A stretch of DNA of 63,478 bases, filler included, from Candidatus Omnitrophota bacterium (GTDB lineage Bacteria > Omnitrophota > Gorgyraeia > Zapsychrales > Zapsychraceae), in NCBI GenBank assembly GCA_015233495.1. It is 6 parts of 6 records of this genome, joined end to end, with 100 filler letters (N's around TTAATTAATTAA, not from the genome) between each part and the next. Parts side by side here need not be neighbours in the genome. Positions count along the whole stretch, not along the records: positions 1 to 11,419 come from JADFXQ010000056.1; positions 11,520 to 22,892 come from JADFXQ010000057.1; 4 more parts are not named here. The stretch is one strand, 5' to 3'. This document shows, one piece after another, positions 9,664 through 19,428 of the stretch. A program made the translations under genes and the position numbers. Numbering within the stretch: the stretch's first letter is position 1; each line of letters starts with the position of its first letter. The notes under the pieces were generated by a model, which was not told where the DNA came from, did not search any database, and saw only the letters and a list, made by a program, of their open reading frames with translations.

Positions 9664-10245
9664 ATGGAAAATAGGCCGTTGACTACCGGGGAGATCGCGG
9701 AATATTGTCATGTGACTTATCGCACGGTGCTCAAGTGGGTGGAAGACGGCAAGCTCAAGGCTTACCGTACCCCCGGGCATCACAGCCGGGTAGAGGTCAA
9801 AAATTTTATTGAATTTTTACGGACATACAATATGCCGGTACCGTTGAATTTTCAAAGTCTGCTTACTGCCGGAAAAAAAATTTTAATTGTCGACGATGAT
9901 AAAAATATGGCGAATTCCATCAAACGGGTCTTGCGCGGCGCCGGCGCTTTTGAGATCGATGTGGCCTACAACGGGTTTGACGCCGGCCGTAAATTTATCG
10001 GGTTTGAACCGGATGTGGTGATTTTAGACATCCGTATGCCGGGGATGGATGGGTTTGCCGTCACCAAGAGCATCCGGGAAACGTATCAAGGCGACCGGGC
10101 CAAAATCGTTGCCATATCCGCGTTTTTTACCGATGAAGACAAGAAAAAAGTCCTCGCCCTGGGAGCGGATGAATGTTTGGACAAGCCCTTCGATTCCGCG
10201 ACGTTGATTCGCACGATCAAATCCCTGCTCAATTTGCCAAATTAA
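9664..10245 (+). CDS. response regulator: N-terminal excisionase-like HTH plus C-terminal receiver domain
   Basis: LTTGEIAEYCHV..RTV.KW...GKL.AYRTPGHHSR, then KILIVDDD...VILDIRMPGMDG...KPF; the longer 9211 ORF start overlaps the opposite gene. Confidence 0.9.
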   Translation: MENRPLTTGEIAEYCHVTYRTVLKWVEDGKLKAYRTPGHHSRVEVKNFIEFLRTYNMPVPLNFQSLLTAGKKILIVDDDKNMANSIKRVLRGAGAFEIDVAYNGFDAGRKFIGFEPDVVILDIRMPGMDGFAVTKSIRETYQGDRAKIVAISAFFTDEDKKKVLALGADECLDKPFDSATLIRTIKSLLNLPN

Positions 10246-10264
10246 AGAAGAACATCTTCCCCTT

Positions 10265-11212
10265 ATGCCGATCAATCATTCTTATCAATCCGGGCGCGGC
10301 CGACAACCGTCCCATCGCCCGATCACATCCCGAACTTCGGACGACGGCCTACGCCGTTTCCGCGAGGGAACAGCCATTGACCCGTCGCCGCGTATCCGCT
10401 TGGCAGACGGCTCATCGCAGCTGACCATGCGCGCCATGGATTTGATTTGCCCGATCGGGATGGGTCAGCGCGGGCTGATTGTCGCGCCGCCGGGTTCCGG
10501 GAAAACAACGTTTTTAAAACATATTTGCCAGGCGGTCGCGACAAGCTGTCCGGCTGTGAAACTTTATTGTATGCTCGTCGATGAACGGCCGGAAGAAGTC
10601 ACGGATTTCCGGCGGGCCGTGACCGGCGATGTCCGCGCCTCATCGATTGATCAGAGTTATGATCATCACGTCGCTACCGCCGACGCCTTGATGGCCGAAG
10701 CGGTGCGCCAGGCGGCGGACGGCGAAAATGTGATGGTTCTCATTGATTCCCTGACCCGATTGTCCAGGGTGCACAACGCGGAACGAAGTTCCAGCGGCCG
10801 GACCTTGTCCGGCGGCGTTGACGCCCGCTCTTTGGAAGTGCCTCGTCGTATTTTTGGGTCAGCCCGCAAAATCGAACACGGCGGATCCCTGTCCATCTTA
10901 GCCACGATATTGATCGAAACCGGCAGCCGCATGGATGAAGTGATCTTCGAGGAATTTAAAGGCACCGGCAACATGGAAATCGTCCTGTCGCGGGAGATCG
11001 CCAACCGCCGGATTTTCCCGGCCATCGATATCAACCGCAGCGCCACCCGCAAGGAAGAATTGTTGCTCGCCGCCGATGAAATCGAACCCATCCATCAATT
11101 GCGGCGCGTGTTATCCGGTTTAAGTCCGGTCGACGCGGCGCAATCCCTGATCGATCAATTGCAAAAATATCCGACCAACAAAGAACTCTTGCAATCCTTG
11201 CGAAGGGTATGA
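10265..11212 (+). CDS. rho: short-form transcription termination factor Rho (ATPase domain only)
   Basis: DLICPIG.GQRGLIVAPP..GKT, DERPEEVTDF, DSLTRL, GRTLSGGVD, ETGSRMDEVIFEEFKGTGNME, RIFPAIDI..S.TRKEELL. Confidence 0.9.
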   Translation: MPINHSYQSGRGRQPSHRPITSRTSDDGLRRFREGTAIDPSPRIRLADGSSQLTMRAMDLICPIGMGQRGLIVAPPGSGKTTFLKHICQAVATSCPAVKLYCMLVDERPEEVTDFRRAVTGDVRASSIDQSYDHHVATADALMAEAVRQAADGENVMVLIDSLTRLSRVHNAERSSSGRTLSGGVDARSLEVPRRIFGSARKIEHGGSLSILATILIETGSRMDEVIFEEFKGTGNMEIVLSREIANRRIFPAIDINRSATRKEELLLAADEIEPIHQLRRVLSGLSPVDAAQSLIDQLQKYPTNKELLQSLRRV

Positions 11213-11304
11213 AAAGACGGATGTGATTTTTGTGTCTTTCTTTGATAGCCTATCTTAGGAATTTTTTGAAAGAGCATTTTCTGAGGCTTGTTAAATGATG
11301 CATA

Positions 11305-11314
11305 TGTGTACACA
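11305..11314. promoter_or_regulatory. palindromic operator-like site TGTGTACACA
   Basis: perfect 10-bp palindrome 54 bp upstream of a Phd-like ORF. Confidence 0.5.
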
Positions 11315-11367
11315 AATTTGATACATTACTGTTTTTGTGGTATCTTATAGCCAAAGAGGGGGATCTT

Positions 11368-11419
11368 ATGAAATTAGCATCCGTTCGTGAATTCAGATCT
11401 TCTTTGGCTGATTATAGCA
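11368..11419 (+). CDS. probable Phd/YefM-family antitoxin, 5' fragment cut by contig end
   Basis: MKLASVREFRSSLADYS after AGAGGGGG; resembles the Phd N-terminus; only 17 codons visible. Confidence 0.5.
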
Positions 11420-11519
11420 NNNNNNNNNNNNNNNNNNNNNNNNNNNNNNNNNNNNNNNNNNNNTTAATTAATTAANNNNNNNNNNNNNNNNNNNNNNNNN
11501 NNNNNNNNNNNNNNNNNNN
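11420..11519. other. artificial contig linker (N44-TTAATTAATTAA-N44)
   Basis: identical 100-nt six-frame-stop spacer occurs five times. Confidence 0.98.
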
Positions 11520-11539
11520 AATAGTAAGCATCATTGCTT

Positions 11540-11589
11540 TCCAAAGCTCTTAACCGACGACAGATGCTGTCCAAATTGGACATATATGA
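11540..11589 (-). repeat. dispersed repeat with palindromic core TGTCCAAATTGGACA
   Basis: near-identical to the reverse complement of 59328-59377; its 25-bp core recurs at 12041-12065. Confidence 0.85.
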
Positions 11590-11697
11590 GTGAGCATTTT
11601 TTTAACCGAACAATCCCGGCATAAACCCAATGCTGTTAGTCTAACACGCTGCGCCGCGAGGGTCAATAAAGGCTGGCAGAAAATCACATCCCGCCGC

Positions 11698-12030
11698 CTA
11701 AAGCTTGACGCAATACTTATCAAAACTTTTATCCAAACACGCGCAGCAAGCCGCGGCGTCATGATCGGCGCCCACGCACACCGCGTCGCAATTATTTTGC
11801 TGATAATATTTAACGTTATACCACTTATCCGGACAAGCCGGTTCATCTCCCACCGCGCATTCATGAGTCTTGACCGGATCATAAATCTGTCCGCCGCCGA
11901 TCTGGTCGCCCACGCTTTTCCAGCGGCCATTGACCGCGCGCACAATATATTTCTGAAAAAATAAAAACGCCGCGAAAATAAAAACAATCAAAAATATATA
12001 TTCCGTAGCGGCTTGGGCTTTACGTTTCAT
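11698..12030 (-). CDS. Flp/Tad-type pilin-like protein with Cys-rich C-terminus
   Basis: MKRKA/QAATEY + hydrophobic helix; YIVRAVNGRWK..GDQIG..QIYDP; 8 Cys in the last ~55 aa. Confidence 0.8.
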   Translation of the reverse strand: MKRKAQAATEYIFLIVFIFAAFLFFQKYIVRAVNGRWKSVGDQIGGGQIYDPVKTHECAVGDEPACPDKWYNVKYYQQNNCDAVCVGADHDAAACCACLDKSFDKYCVKL

Positions 12031-12040
12031 ATGCCCCCAT

Positions 12041-12065
12041 TGCTGTCCAAATTGCACATATATGA
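12041..12065 (-). repeat. second copy of TGCTGTCCAAATTG(G/C)ACATATATGA
   Basis: 24/25 identical to 11565-11589, same orientation. Confidence 0.85.
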
Positions 12066-12067
12066 TA

Positions 12068-15000
12068 TTACCAGTCTTTGCACGGGACGAATTTAAATTG
12101 AATCCCCTTGGCCGGATCGTGATAATATTTCGCGCAGGATTCCGACGTGACGCCGCGCGTTAAAAGCTGGGACATCAGATTCCAGCACTCGGTGTTTTCC
12201 GGCGGATCATCTTTCTGCCGGCCGCCCGGATAGGGCGCAACCCGGCGGCTCATCATAAACGCGCCGCCATATATTTCGTTGCCCCAGCCTTTTGAGCTAT
12301 AGCCAATGGGCGCTAAATCCGGTTCATTGCTTTCCCACGGACGAGTCCCATCCGCGGTCACGACCGGGTTCGGCTGTACCACCTGATTCACCGCGTCGCA
12401 CTTGTCCAAAATCAAAGCCGGCGAAGCTGGCGTACCCTCCAAACCGCCGCGTTCCGTGCGGCTGCCCAGCGCGTTCCACAAAGCGGTCCCCCCCGCGAAA
12501 AACATACCGCCGATATTGGTCTGATCTTCATCCCAGCGCGTTACCCGGACTTTCACTGTTCCCACATAATCGCGCCAATCAAAACANNNNNNNNNNNNNN
12601 NNNNNNNNNNNNNNAAGTATGCACCCAGGGCAAAGGCGTAAACCCGTCTTGCGTCGCGTTGCAAGTGTCCGTCAGACAGGTAGATGTATTGGTCGTCTCG
12701 TCGTAATTACACGCCCCGCAGCGCAAAGGGCCGCGGGCATCGACCCGCACCGCGTGCCACGGCCCGGGCCGGCCGTCATCACTGGGCGCGCTTTGCCAAG
12801 CGTAAATCGCTTGGCCGGGCAAACCCGCCTCGCCCGTGTTATTCTGGACCTGCAAACGCCGTTTGATCAAATCTTGCGACAGCCCATTAAGAAAAACCGC
12901 AAAATGATCTTCGGCGTTTTGCAAAATACCGACGATCCGGTTCAATTCCGCGTTCATCTTCTGCAGGAAAAATAAACGCTGTTTGAATTTTTCCCTCTGC
13001 ACTTTGGCTTCCTGCCAACTTTGATCTAATTGAGTGCCCCAATCCCAGGCCGCCACCTGAGCCGGGTCGCGCGCCGGATTCGGCGCATTGGCACAGGAAT
13101 TCGCGTCCATCGGCAATTCATCAAATCCCGGCACCAAAGAGCGCGGCAAAGCCGAACATTGAGTCAAAGCAAAGGGCGCCGCTTTACCCTGCAACCCTTG
13201 ACATTCCGCAGCGCACGCCTGAAACTGGGCCGTGTTGCCGATTTGATTTTGTTTCAGCGCCAGGACAATCGCGTCCGCCGCCGGGTTGGCATAGCTGGCG
13301 TGGCTTAAAGCGTCTCGTAAAGCGATTTCATCTCCCGGCTCAGTTACGTCACGCAAAACACCAAATGTCGTAGTTGACCCGGTGATCGGCGCGACCCATT
13401 TATTATCTTTTAACACAGTCAACACGTTCGGCCAGGAACTAAATTTACTCTCATCCATAGGCGGCCCTTTGTAAACCGGATCGCCGTAGACGTTCCAGTT
13501 CAAACACTGAATAACTGCCGCCATATTGCCGCGTCCGACGGGCAAACCCGGACCCGCCGCGGCAGTGAACGTCAAATTTTCCTCTGCCCGGGTCGGGTTA
13601 GCTCCTAAAATCGCGGGATCGAATTTCGGATTTCCCGCCAAAGGCACGCACCATGCCGCGGCATGGGAATAATCCTGCTGCTGCCACATTTGCAGACGCT
13701 CGCGCATACCTTGGATCCAACGGTACCATTTCCACAAAACCCCTTCGGAATTCACCTCGCATTTATAACAACACAATCCCATACTGCTTGCCGCGTTATT
13801 GCACACACCCGTGCCCGGGCCCGCTGCCCAAATATTATACTTATCCGCCGCGGTGGAAATCGCCGGCTCAATCCACGGCGCGATTTGTTCATACCAGGTT
13901 TCAAAATTTTGCTGGGGGTTTTCTTGATTGATGATCGCGTACGCGAGCTGTACAAATTCCGGGACCCGCGTGATCAAATCGTCTAAAACATCATCCGGCC
14001 AAAAGCGGGGATCCGGGGTTTCTTCGCATTGACAGGACCGGTTCATATCTCCGGTAGCGCCGGTAGGACTGCCGTTTTCATCAATGATCGGTTGCCCCGG
14101 CTCCACGCACATCGCGCCGTTCGGATAAGCGGAAGGATCTTTATATTGTTTAGGACAATAGTCGCCATAAGGCCAAGCCCGATGTTCCGGCGAGTCCGGC
14201 GGCAAAATGATATTGCACACCCGGTCCGCGCCCGGCTTCCAAAACCCTATGGTAATATCCGGGGAATTAGTCCGAAACGTGGTTTCCGCGCACTGATCAT
14301 TCGCCGCGATAAGCGAAAAAGTCCCCGCGCCTATCCCGCCGGCCGCAAACACCGGCACCGTAATCGCGTCCGAAGCGAGCGGTATGATTTGGCCGCCCGC
14401 CAAAGGAATCGTGTCCGCGATCCCATCCACTTGCGCGGCTTTGTTAAACCGCGCGTTCGCCAAGAGATTGACAGTGCCGCCTACCGCGCCTACTGCCGCC
14501 GCGTATTCCGGATTAGCGCTCAAATTCAACTGTCTCCCCGCCCGAACATCATAAGGTATCGTGTCGTCAGTGAATACGCAGGCCCCTTCTTTCCACAGGC
14601 AATTCTGCAAAGGCGTGTCCTTAGGAGTCGTGGTCCACTCCACGCCATAATCACCGGAAACAGTGGGATCCGTATTTTGGCGGATCTCATAAAAAAACGG
14701 AAAAATTCCGGTAGCGTCTTCGATCTGAAACTTTGGCCTATGCTGAGGATCACTATTGGGCAGTTGGCGCACCGGCGCGTGCCAATAATTGGGCGGCGCG
14801 ATCGCGTGAAACCCGGCCGTGTTCGGTAAAGGAAAAGTCGCGGGATTCGTGTAATCTTTGCGATAATATTGATTGGGATCATCCCGGCCCAATTGCGATA
14901 AAAACGACACCGTGGTCGCAGCTCCGGTAATAAAACCAATCGCCTGCAGCGGATCTTCAAAATTCTGGTCATAAACATCCGGAAAAGATTTGCCCTGCGC

Positions 15001-15909
15001 CTCTATCGGACCGGCATCCGTATATGGACTTAAAGCCGGATTAGAACAAGCGGCAATCTCCGCGGCTGTGCAAGACGCGGGCCGAAATATCTTCGCTTTT
15101 TGTAATTCCTCTGCCACTTCGCTTGCCGCGGGCTGACAGCAAACATTACATTCCGCGTTAAGCGCGCCAAACCCGCATCCCGGCGACCAGAGCAATAAGC
15201 CCCCGGTAACATTCGGCATAGTAAATCCGGTTAACCCATTGGCGTCCATCAAAAAATGATTGATCACCGAGTCATCACGAACTTTGATTTCGGATAAACG
15301 GCGGTCATAATAAAATGCGAACCGGCTGACCCAATCCGCGGGTAGGCTGTGATTCGCGTCTTTCCAGCCCCATTTGCGATTGGTATCCATATCGTATAAA
15401 TCCGGAACCTTTTCCTGTTCCGTGACCGCGACTGACAAACCCTTTTGAATGCCTTGTTCCAAAAATTGATTCGCCAAATCCGGCATAGCCGCGGAAAGCG
15501 CCTGATTCCAGCGCGAGGTAATCATCGGCTGAACCACCACCGCCTGTAAAACAAAATTCGCGGCCATCAACGCAATCGATAATGCCGCGATAAAAGGCCC
15601 GACACCGGGAATAAAAGACAACCCGACCGCCACGGTCAACATAATAAAGGCCTTAATCAAACTGGTGGTCTTGCAATAACTCAACCGGCTGTCCAATTGT
15701 TCAAAGTATAATTTATGGGTATAACTGGCGTATTGCGACGCCATTAGCGCCGCTGCCTGATTAGCCGCCAAGGTGGTCAAGGTTTTGACGCGCGAAGTCT
15801 TGCCCAGATTCAACACCGCCGCGTACAAAACCAAAGCCGCGGCGATCACCAAAATCATGATCACTGCGACCTGGCCTTGTTTTTGAACATTATTCCGCCA
15901 TTGAAACAT
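12068..15909 (-). CDS. large TadG-like pilus-associated protein, Cys-rich, about 1280 aa; spans N gap 12587-12614
   Basis: QKQG/QVAVIMILVI + TLAANQAAAL (TadG-like N-terminus); frame open up to the gap; coding-like sequence resumes in another frame (CFDWRDY...VPCKDW) to the stop at 12068. Confidence 0.7.
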
Positions 15910-15915
15910 ATTTTT

Positions 15916-16158
15916 TTATCTCCACACCGAATTCAGCCCTAAAGGCTGGGAAAAATCCGGCTGTAATTGCTCTTTCACATCCAAAGCTTCATTGTTCAAA
16001 ATCTGATCATGCCGCAGCCGGCGTTGAGCCAGATCCAACCCCGCCCAGCGCGCTGCCGCGTACAAAGCGTAAATCATAAAAAAAATAACCATCATGCAAA
16101 ACATAAATTCCGTGGAAACCTGCGCCCGCATTCTCTCTCTTGCAAATATTGTTTTCAT
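15916..16158 (-). CDS. small pilin-like protein (TadE/F-like)
   Basis: RMRA/QVSTEF + hydrophobic helix. Confidence 0.75.
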   Translation of the reverse strand: MKTIFARERMRAQVSTEFMFCMMVIFFMIYALYAAARWAGLDLAQRRLRHDQILNNEALDVKEQLQPDFSQPLGLNSVWR

Positions 16159-16173
16159 GTCTCCCGTCCAGCG

Positions 16174-17913
16174 TCATTTTGTCTTCACATCAACCGTGTC
16201 ATCACCGCTCACCTCCGTCACCCAGCGCCGGCCGCGTTGATCCGAGAGCCACGAACGGATATAGAGAATATTCGGACCAACGTCCAAACACGTCTTATAC
16301 ATATTCTCTTGACTGTCACAGCTCCCGGTTGACACGCATTGCCCGTTCACATAATTACCGGACGCCGCGTCCCAAACCCGGCATTGCTGACACGCTCCGG
16401 GCGCAGCGCAATCATGCGCCGGATTTGCGGCCCGGAGATTCCGCACACACTTCTCTACGCCGCTGCCCGGCACGGCAACCAACCCCGGCCCCGGCGGCGT
16501 ATTGCCGTCCGAACAAAACCGCCGCATATCATTCGAAATATTCATCTGCAGTTTGCGCTCAATCACATCCACCTCATCTTTACGCGACGCCGCACGAATA
16601 TATTGTTTATTATCTCCGTTCCTGGCAAAAAGCTTGCCTTCTTCAATCACTGCCCACGAACCTTTCTCGCCGTTTTGCGGCCGTATCCAGGAATAAGTTT
16701 TCATTTCCCGCGACAACTCGCACTTCGGTTTCGGATTCACGTCATTCGCGGCGATCGTCATGTCCATATCGCCTTCCTGCGAATCCAAAACCCGGATCCG
16801 GGAAATAACCCCCGACGGAGCGATCGGCAAAATCTGCATAATCGATTCTAATTTCAAATCCCCGTCAATATCATATTGCGAGTTTACGTCGGTTTTCATA
16901 TAGTAATACGAAGGCTCATAACCGGCATCCGTGTTAAGTTTAGTTTGCGCGCCATCCGGATAATAAGCGAGACACTGGCCCCACTGCCAGGCAAACTTCG
17001 CTCTTTGACCCGGAGGCACCACCCCGGCGGGATCCGCGTTGCGATCCAGGTCAAACCGCGGAGGTTTAGAAGGATCCCAAAACTTGTTCCCCTTGACATT
17101 GGCATAAAGCGCGGAAACACTCGCGCATCCCACAAATCGCTGGTGCCACGTTTTCGTCACAGTCACGCCCGTATCCGGGTCGGTTATCGACATCTGCTTT
17201 TCCCCGCAATGACTATCATACAGCGGATCGCCAACTGCCGGGCAGGGTCCCGCATCCAAATAATACGCGCAATAAGGATCCCAATTTCTCTGGGAGATGC
17301 CGCCGAATTGCGGTTCGCCGATCCAATGGTCATAACCATCAACGTTGCCCTGCTGGCCGCAATCCGGATCCGGCTTAGTCGGATCCGGATGAAACGGATC
17401 CGTCTTCTGATCAATCGATGTGCACCAAGTCACAAAATTCGCGGTCGTGAATTGAAACTGTTTCCCATTCACTACAATATCCATCTTGGGCAAATTATAA
17501 TCTTCATTATTCTCCGTAGGCGTAAACATATTGCGGCTGTGCGCGCCGGAACCCATAGACATCAAAGGCATACGGCTGACCACGGAAGTGCGGTCCGAAC
17601 CCGCGGTCTGCCGGTCTTCCACCATTAAAACCGAGGCGGTATTCCGCGAATTATAATCCTTTTGTACCGGCTGTAAGACCGGGTTGCCGCCCACCACAAC
17701 CGGCGTCCCGGCATAAATCACCGGCACCCAATCCGTGCCCCCGCCGCCGGATTCATTGTAAGAAATCAACATCGCCTGCCGCATGGCCTTCAAATCTTTG
17801 TCCTGCTGAAAGCTCTGGTTCAACCCCGCCTGAATGATCGCGCCGATCACAAAAATCAAAATCGCCCCAAACACCGCCAATTCAATCGAGGTCTGGCCTT
17901 TATTTTTGCTCAT
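16174..17913 (-). CDS. large TadE-like pilin-anchored Cys-rich protein (579 aa)
   Basis: MSKNKG/QTSIELAVFGAILIFVI; many Cys pairs; start overlaps the upstream gene end. Confidence 0.8.
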   Translation of the reverse strand: MSKNKGQTSIELAVFGAILIFVIGAIIQAGLNQSFQQDKDLKAMRQAMLISYNESGGGGTDWVPVIYAGTPVVVGGNPVLQPVQKDYNSRNTASVLMVEDRQTAGSDRTSVVSRMPLMSMGSGAHSRNMFTPTENNEDYNLPKMDIVVNGKQFQFTTANFVTWCTSIDQKTDPFHPDPTKPDPDCGQQGNVDGYDHWIGEPQFGGISQRNWDPYCAYYLDAGPCPAVGDPLYDSHCGEKQMSITDPDTGVTVTKTWHQRFVGCASVSALYANVKGNKFWDPSKPPRFDLDRNADPAGVVPPGQRAKFAWQWGQCLAYYPDGAQTKLNTDAGYEPSYYYMKTDVNSQYDIDGDLKLESIMQILPIAPSGVISRIRVLDSQEGDMDMTIAANDVNPKPKCELSREMKTYSWIRPQNGEKGSWAVIEEGKLFARNGDNKQYIRAASRKDEVDVIERKLQMNISNDMRRFCSDGNTPPGPGLVAVPGSGVEKCVRNLRAANPAHDCAAPGACQQCRVWDAASGNYVNGQCVSTGSCDSQENMYKTCLDVGPNILYIRSWLSDQRGRRWVTEVSGDDTVDVKTK

Positions 17914-18235
17914 ACTGACCCACCTGTGTCGTGCCGTCGGAAACATCCGTGGAATCCGTGATATCTATACGATGCGTTTCCAAACCACTGCCGCGGTTCA
18001 CCACCCACAACGTAGAATTGGTCGAAACGATCGAACTGCGGCTCGAAAGCGTGTTGGCGGTGCGCGGATCATACTGATCGCCCAAATCATCGACCGCGGC
18101 TTTCCACCGGCCAGCCATAGCCCGCTTAAAATACGTTTGCATGGTCAAAAGCGCGGCCATCAAAATCGTGAAGACCACCACATATTCCATTGTCGATTGC
18201 CCGGTTTGCCGACTATTAAACTTTCTTTGAAACAT
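17900..18235 (-). CDS. Flp/Tad-type pilin-like protein
   Basis: QTG/QSTMEYVVV; MQTYFKRAMAGRWK..DDLGDQYDP. Confidence 0.85.
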   Translation of the reverse strand: MFQRKFNSRQTGQSTMEYVVVFTILMAALLTMQTYFKRAMAGRWKAAVDDLGDQYDPRTANTLSSRSSIVSTNSTLWVVNRGSGLETHRIDITDSTDVSDGTTQVGQYEQK

Positions 18236-18260
18236 TGTCTCCCCTCCGTATTCTATCCGG

Positions 18261-18587
18261 CTATTCCTCGGTCGCTTGATATCCGAGATTTTCTTCTTTC
18301 GTGGTATGCTTGCGCGTGGCCTGATGAGTCATATAATTCACATCTCCAACTTGTTCCCGGATCTTGCGGGTATTCGAGCCCTTCGTTATATCGATCGTTG
18401 AGTTCATCCAGCCGGTTTGGGGATCAAAATCCTGATCACTATTGATCTGACTGCCGACTTGATCCGCCACAGTCTTGATCATGCTCTGCGCCCCGCGTTT
18501 GAGCATAATCGTCATCGACATCAACAGCGCTACCACTACGCCGATGACCATGGTGTATTCCAGCATGGATTGAGCTCTGCTGTTCAT
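18261..18587 (-). CDS. Flp/Tad-type pilin-like protein
   Basis: SRA/QSMLEYTMV + hydrophobic helix; LKRGAQ...DFDP. Confidence 0.85.
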   Translation of the reverse strand: MNSRAQSMLEYTMVIGVVVALLMSMTIMLKRGAQSMIKTVADQVGSQINSDQDFDPQTGWMNSTIDITKGSNTRKIREQVGDVNYMTHQATRKHTTKEENLGYQATEE

Positions 18588-18589
18588 AT

Positions 18590-18964
18590 TTACCTCGCCT
18601 GCGCCGGCGCCGCTACTTTGCCGATCTTGCTCGCCTGCGCATAATCCTCCGAAGTCACAAACGTCTTTTGCGAATGATACATACCATTGCCATAATCATA
18701 AGCATTGTAATCCGAAACATGGATAACCTTCGACTGTTCATCCAGCGTGTACGGCTCATATTCGCCCCACAAATTTCCCGTGTACTGGCCAGCGGCGCGG
18801 CTGCGGACTTCCGCGACCATATAATTCCGGGCGTCGCGGATGCGGCCCTGCACCGCCCGCCGGAAATACAAAGACATACAGGTCAGCGTAGCCACCACCA
18901 AAATCAAACTCATGGCGAATTCACTGCTGATAATCTGTCCCTGTTTGGACAAAACACTGCCCAT
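18590..18964 (-). CDS. Flp/Tad-type pilin-like protein
   Basis: KQG/QIISSEF; MSLYFRRAVQGRIRDA...EYEPY. Confidence 0.8.
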   Translation of the reverse strand: MGSVLSKQGQIISSEFAMSLILVVATLTCMSLYFRRAVQGRIRDARNYMVAEVRSRAAGQYTGNLWGEYEPYTLDEQSKVIHVSDYNAYDYGNGMYHSQKTFVTSEDYAQASKIGKVAAPAQAR

Positions 18965-18989
18965 ATGCCCCCTGGCGTTTGGTTAACGT

Positions 18990-19142
18990 CTACTCGGATT
19001 TTTGAAATTCCTTTTGGATTTGCTGCTGAGTGGCTTGCACGGAACGGTTAACATAGGTGCTCATGGCCATGACCACCGCGGCAATAATCGCGGCGACCAT
19101 GGTGTATTCCAGCAAATTTTGACCGTGCTGATTCCGAATCAT
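18990..19142 (-). CDS. minimal Flp-like pilin (50 aa)
   Basis: MIRNQHG/QNLLEYTMV..MSTYVNRSVQ; start is the ATG at 19142, not 19496. Confidence 0.8.
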   Translation of the reverse strand: MIRNQHGQNLLEYTMVAAIIAAVVMAMSTYVNRSVQATQQQIQKEFQKSE

Positions 19143-19192
19143 TGATGGCTGCCTTCCCGACGCGGCCCAACCCAACGCCCCGCCGCGTAACA

Positions 19193-19218
19193 AGTATACC
19201 ACGCCGCGATTCGCGGCG
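19193..19218 (-). promoter_or_regulatory. extended -10 (TGgTATACT) with adjacent palindrome CGCCGCGA-N-TCGCGGCG
   Basis: about 50 bp upstream of the second pilin sub-operon. Confidence 0.45.
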
Positions 19219-19360
19219 CTAAACATTGCGTAAAAAAATACCGTCGCTATCCCAATAAATGGTTGCTCTGACTTTACGCTCCGACACTGGTCATAATTAC
19301 AATGCGTGGGGGCGCTGGGAATTTTAAATGGAGGATTCCCGCCCTGCCGGGCGCACCATG

Positions 19361-19404
19361 AAAAAAGGCTTGTCCGCGCGGTAACCCGCTGAACAAGCCT
19401 TTTT
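19361..19404 (-). terminator. intrinsic terminator inside the pilin array
   Basis: AAAAAGGCTTGT...ACAAGCCTTTTT inverted repeat with A/T tails, 25 bp past the stop at 19429. Confidence 0.75.
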
Positions 19405-19428
19405 CCCCTCATACTTTTTTCAAAGCGA

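Noticed and set aside
12068..12664. Programmed frameshift or separate gene at the end of the TadG-like ORF
   Set aside because: The frame change coincides with an N gap of estimated length.
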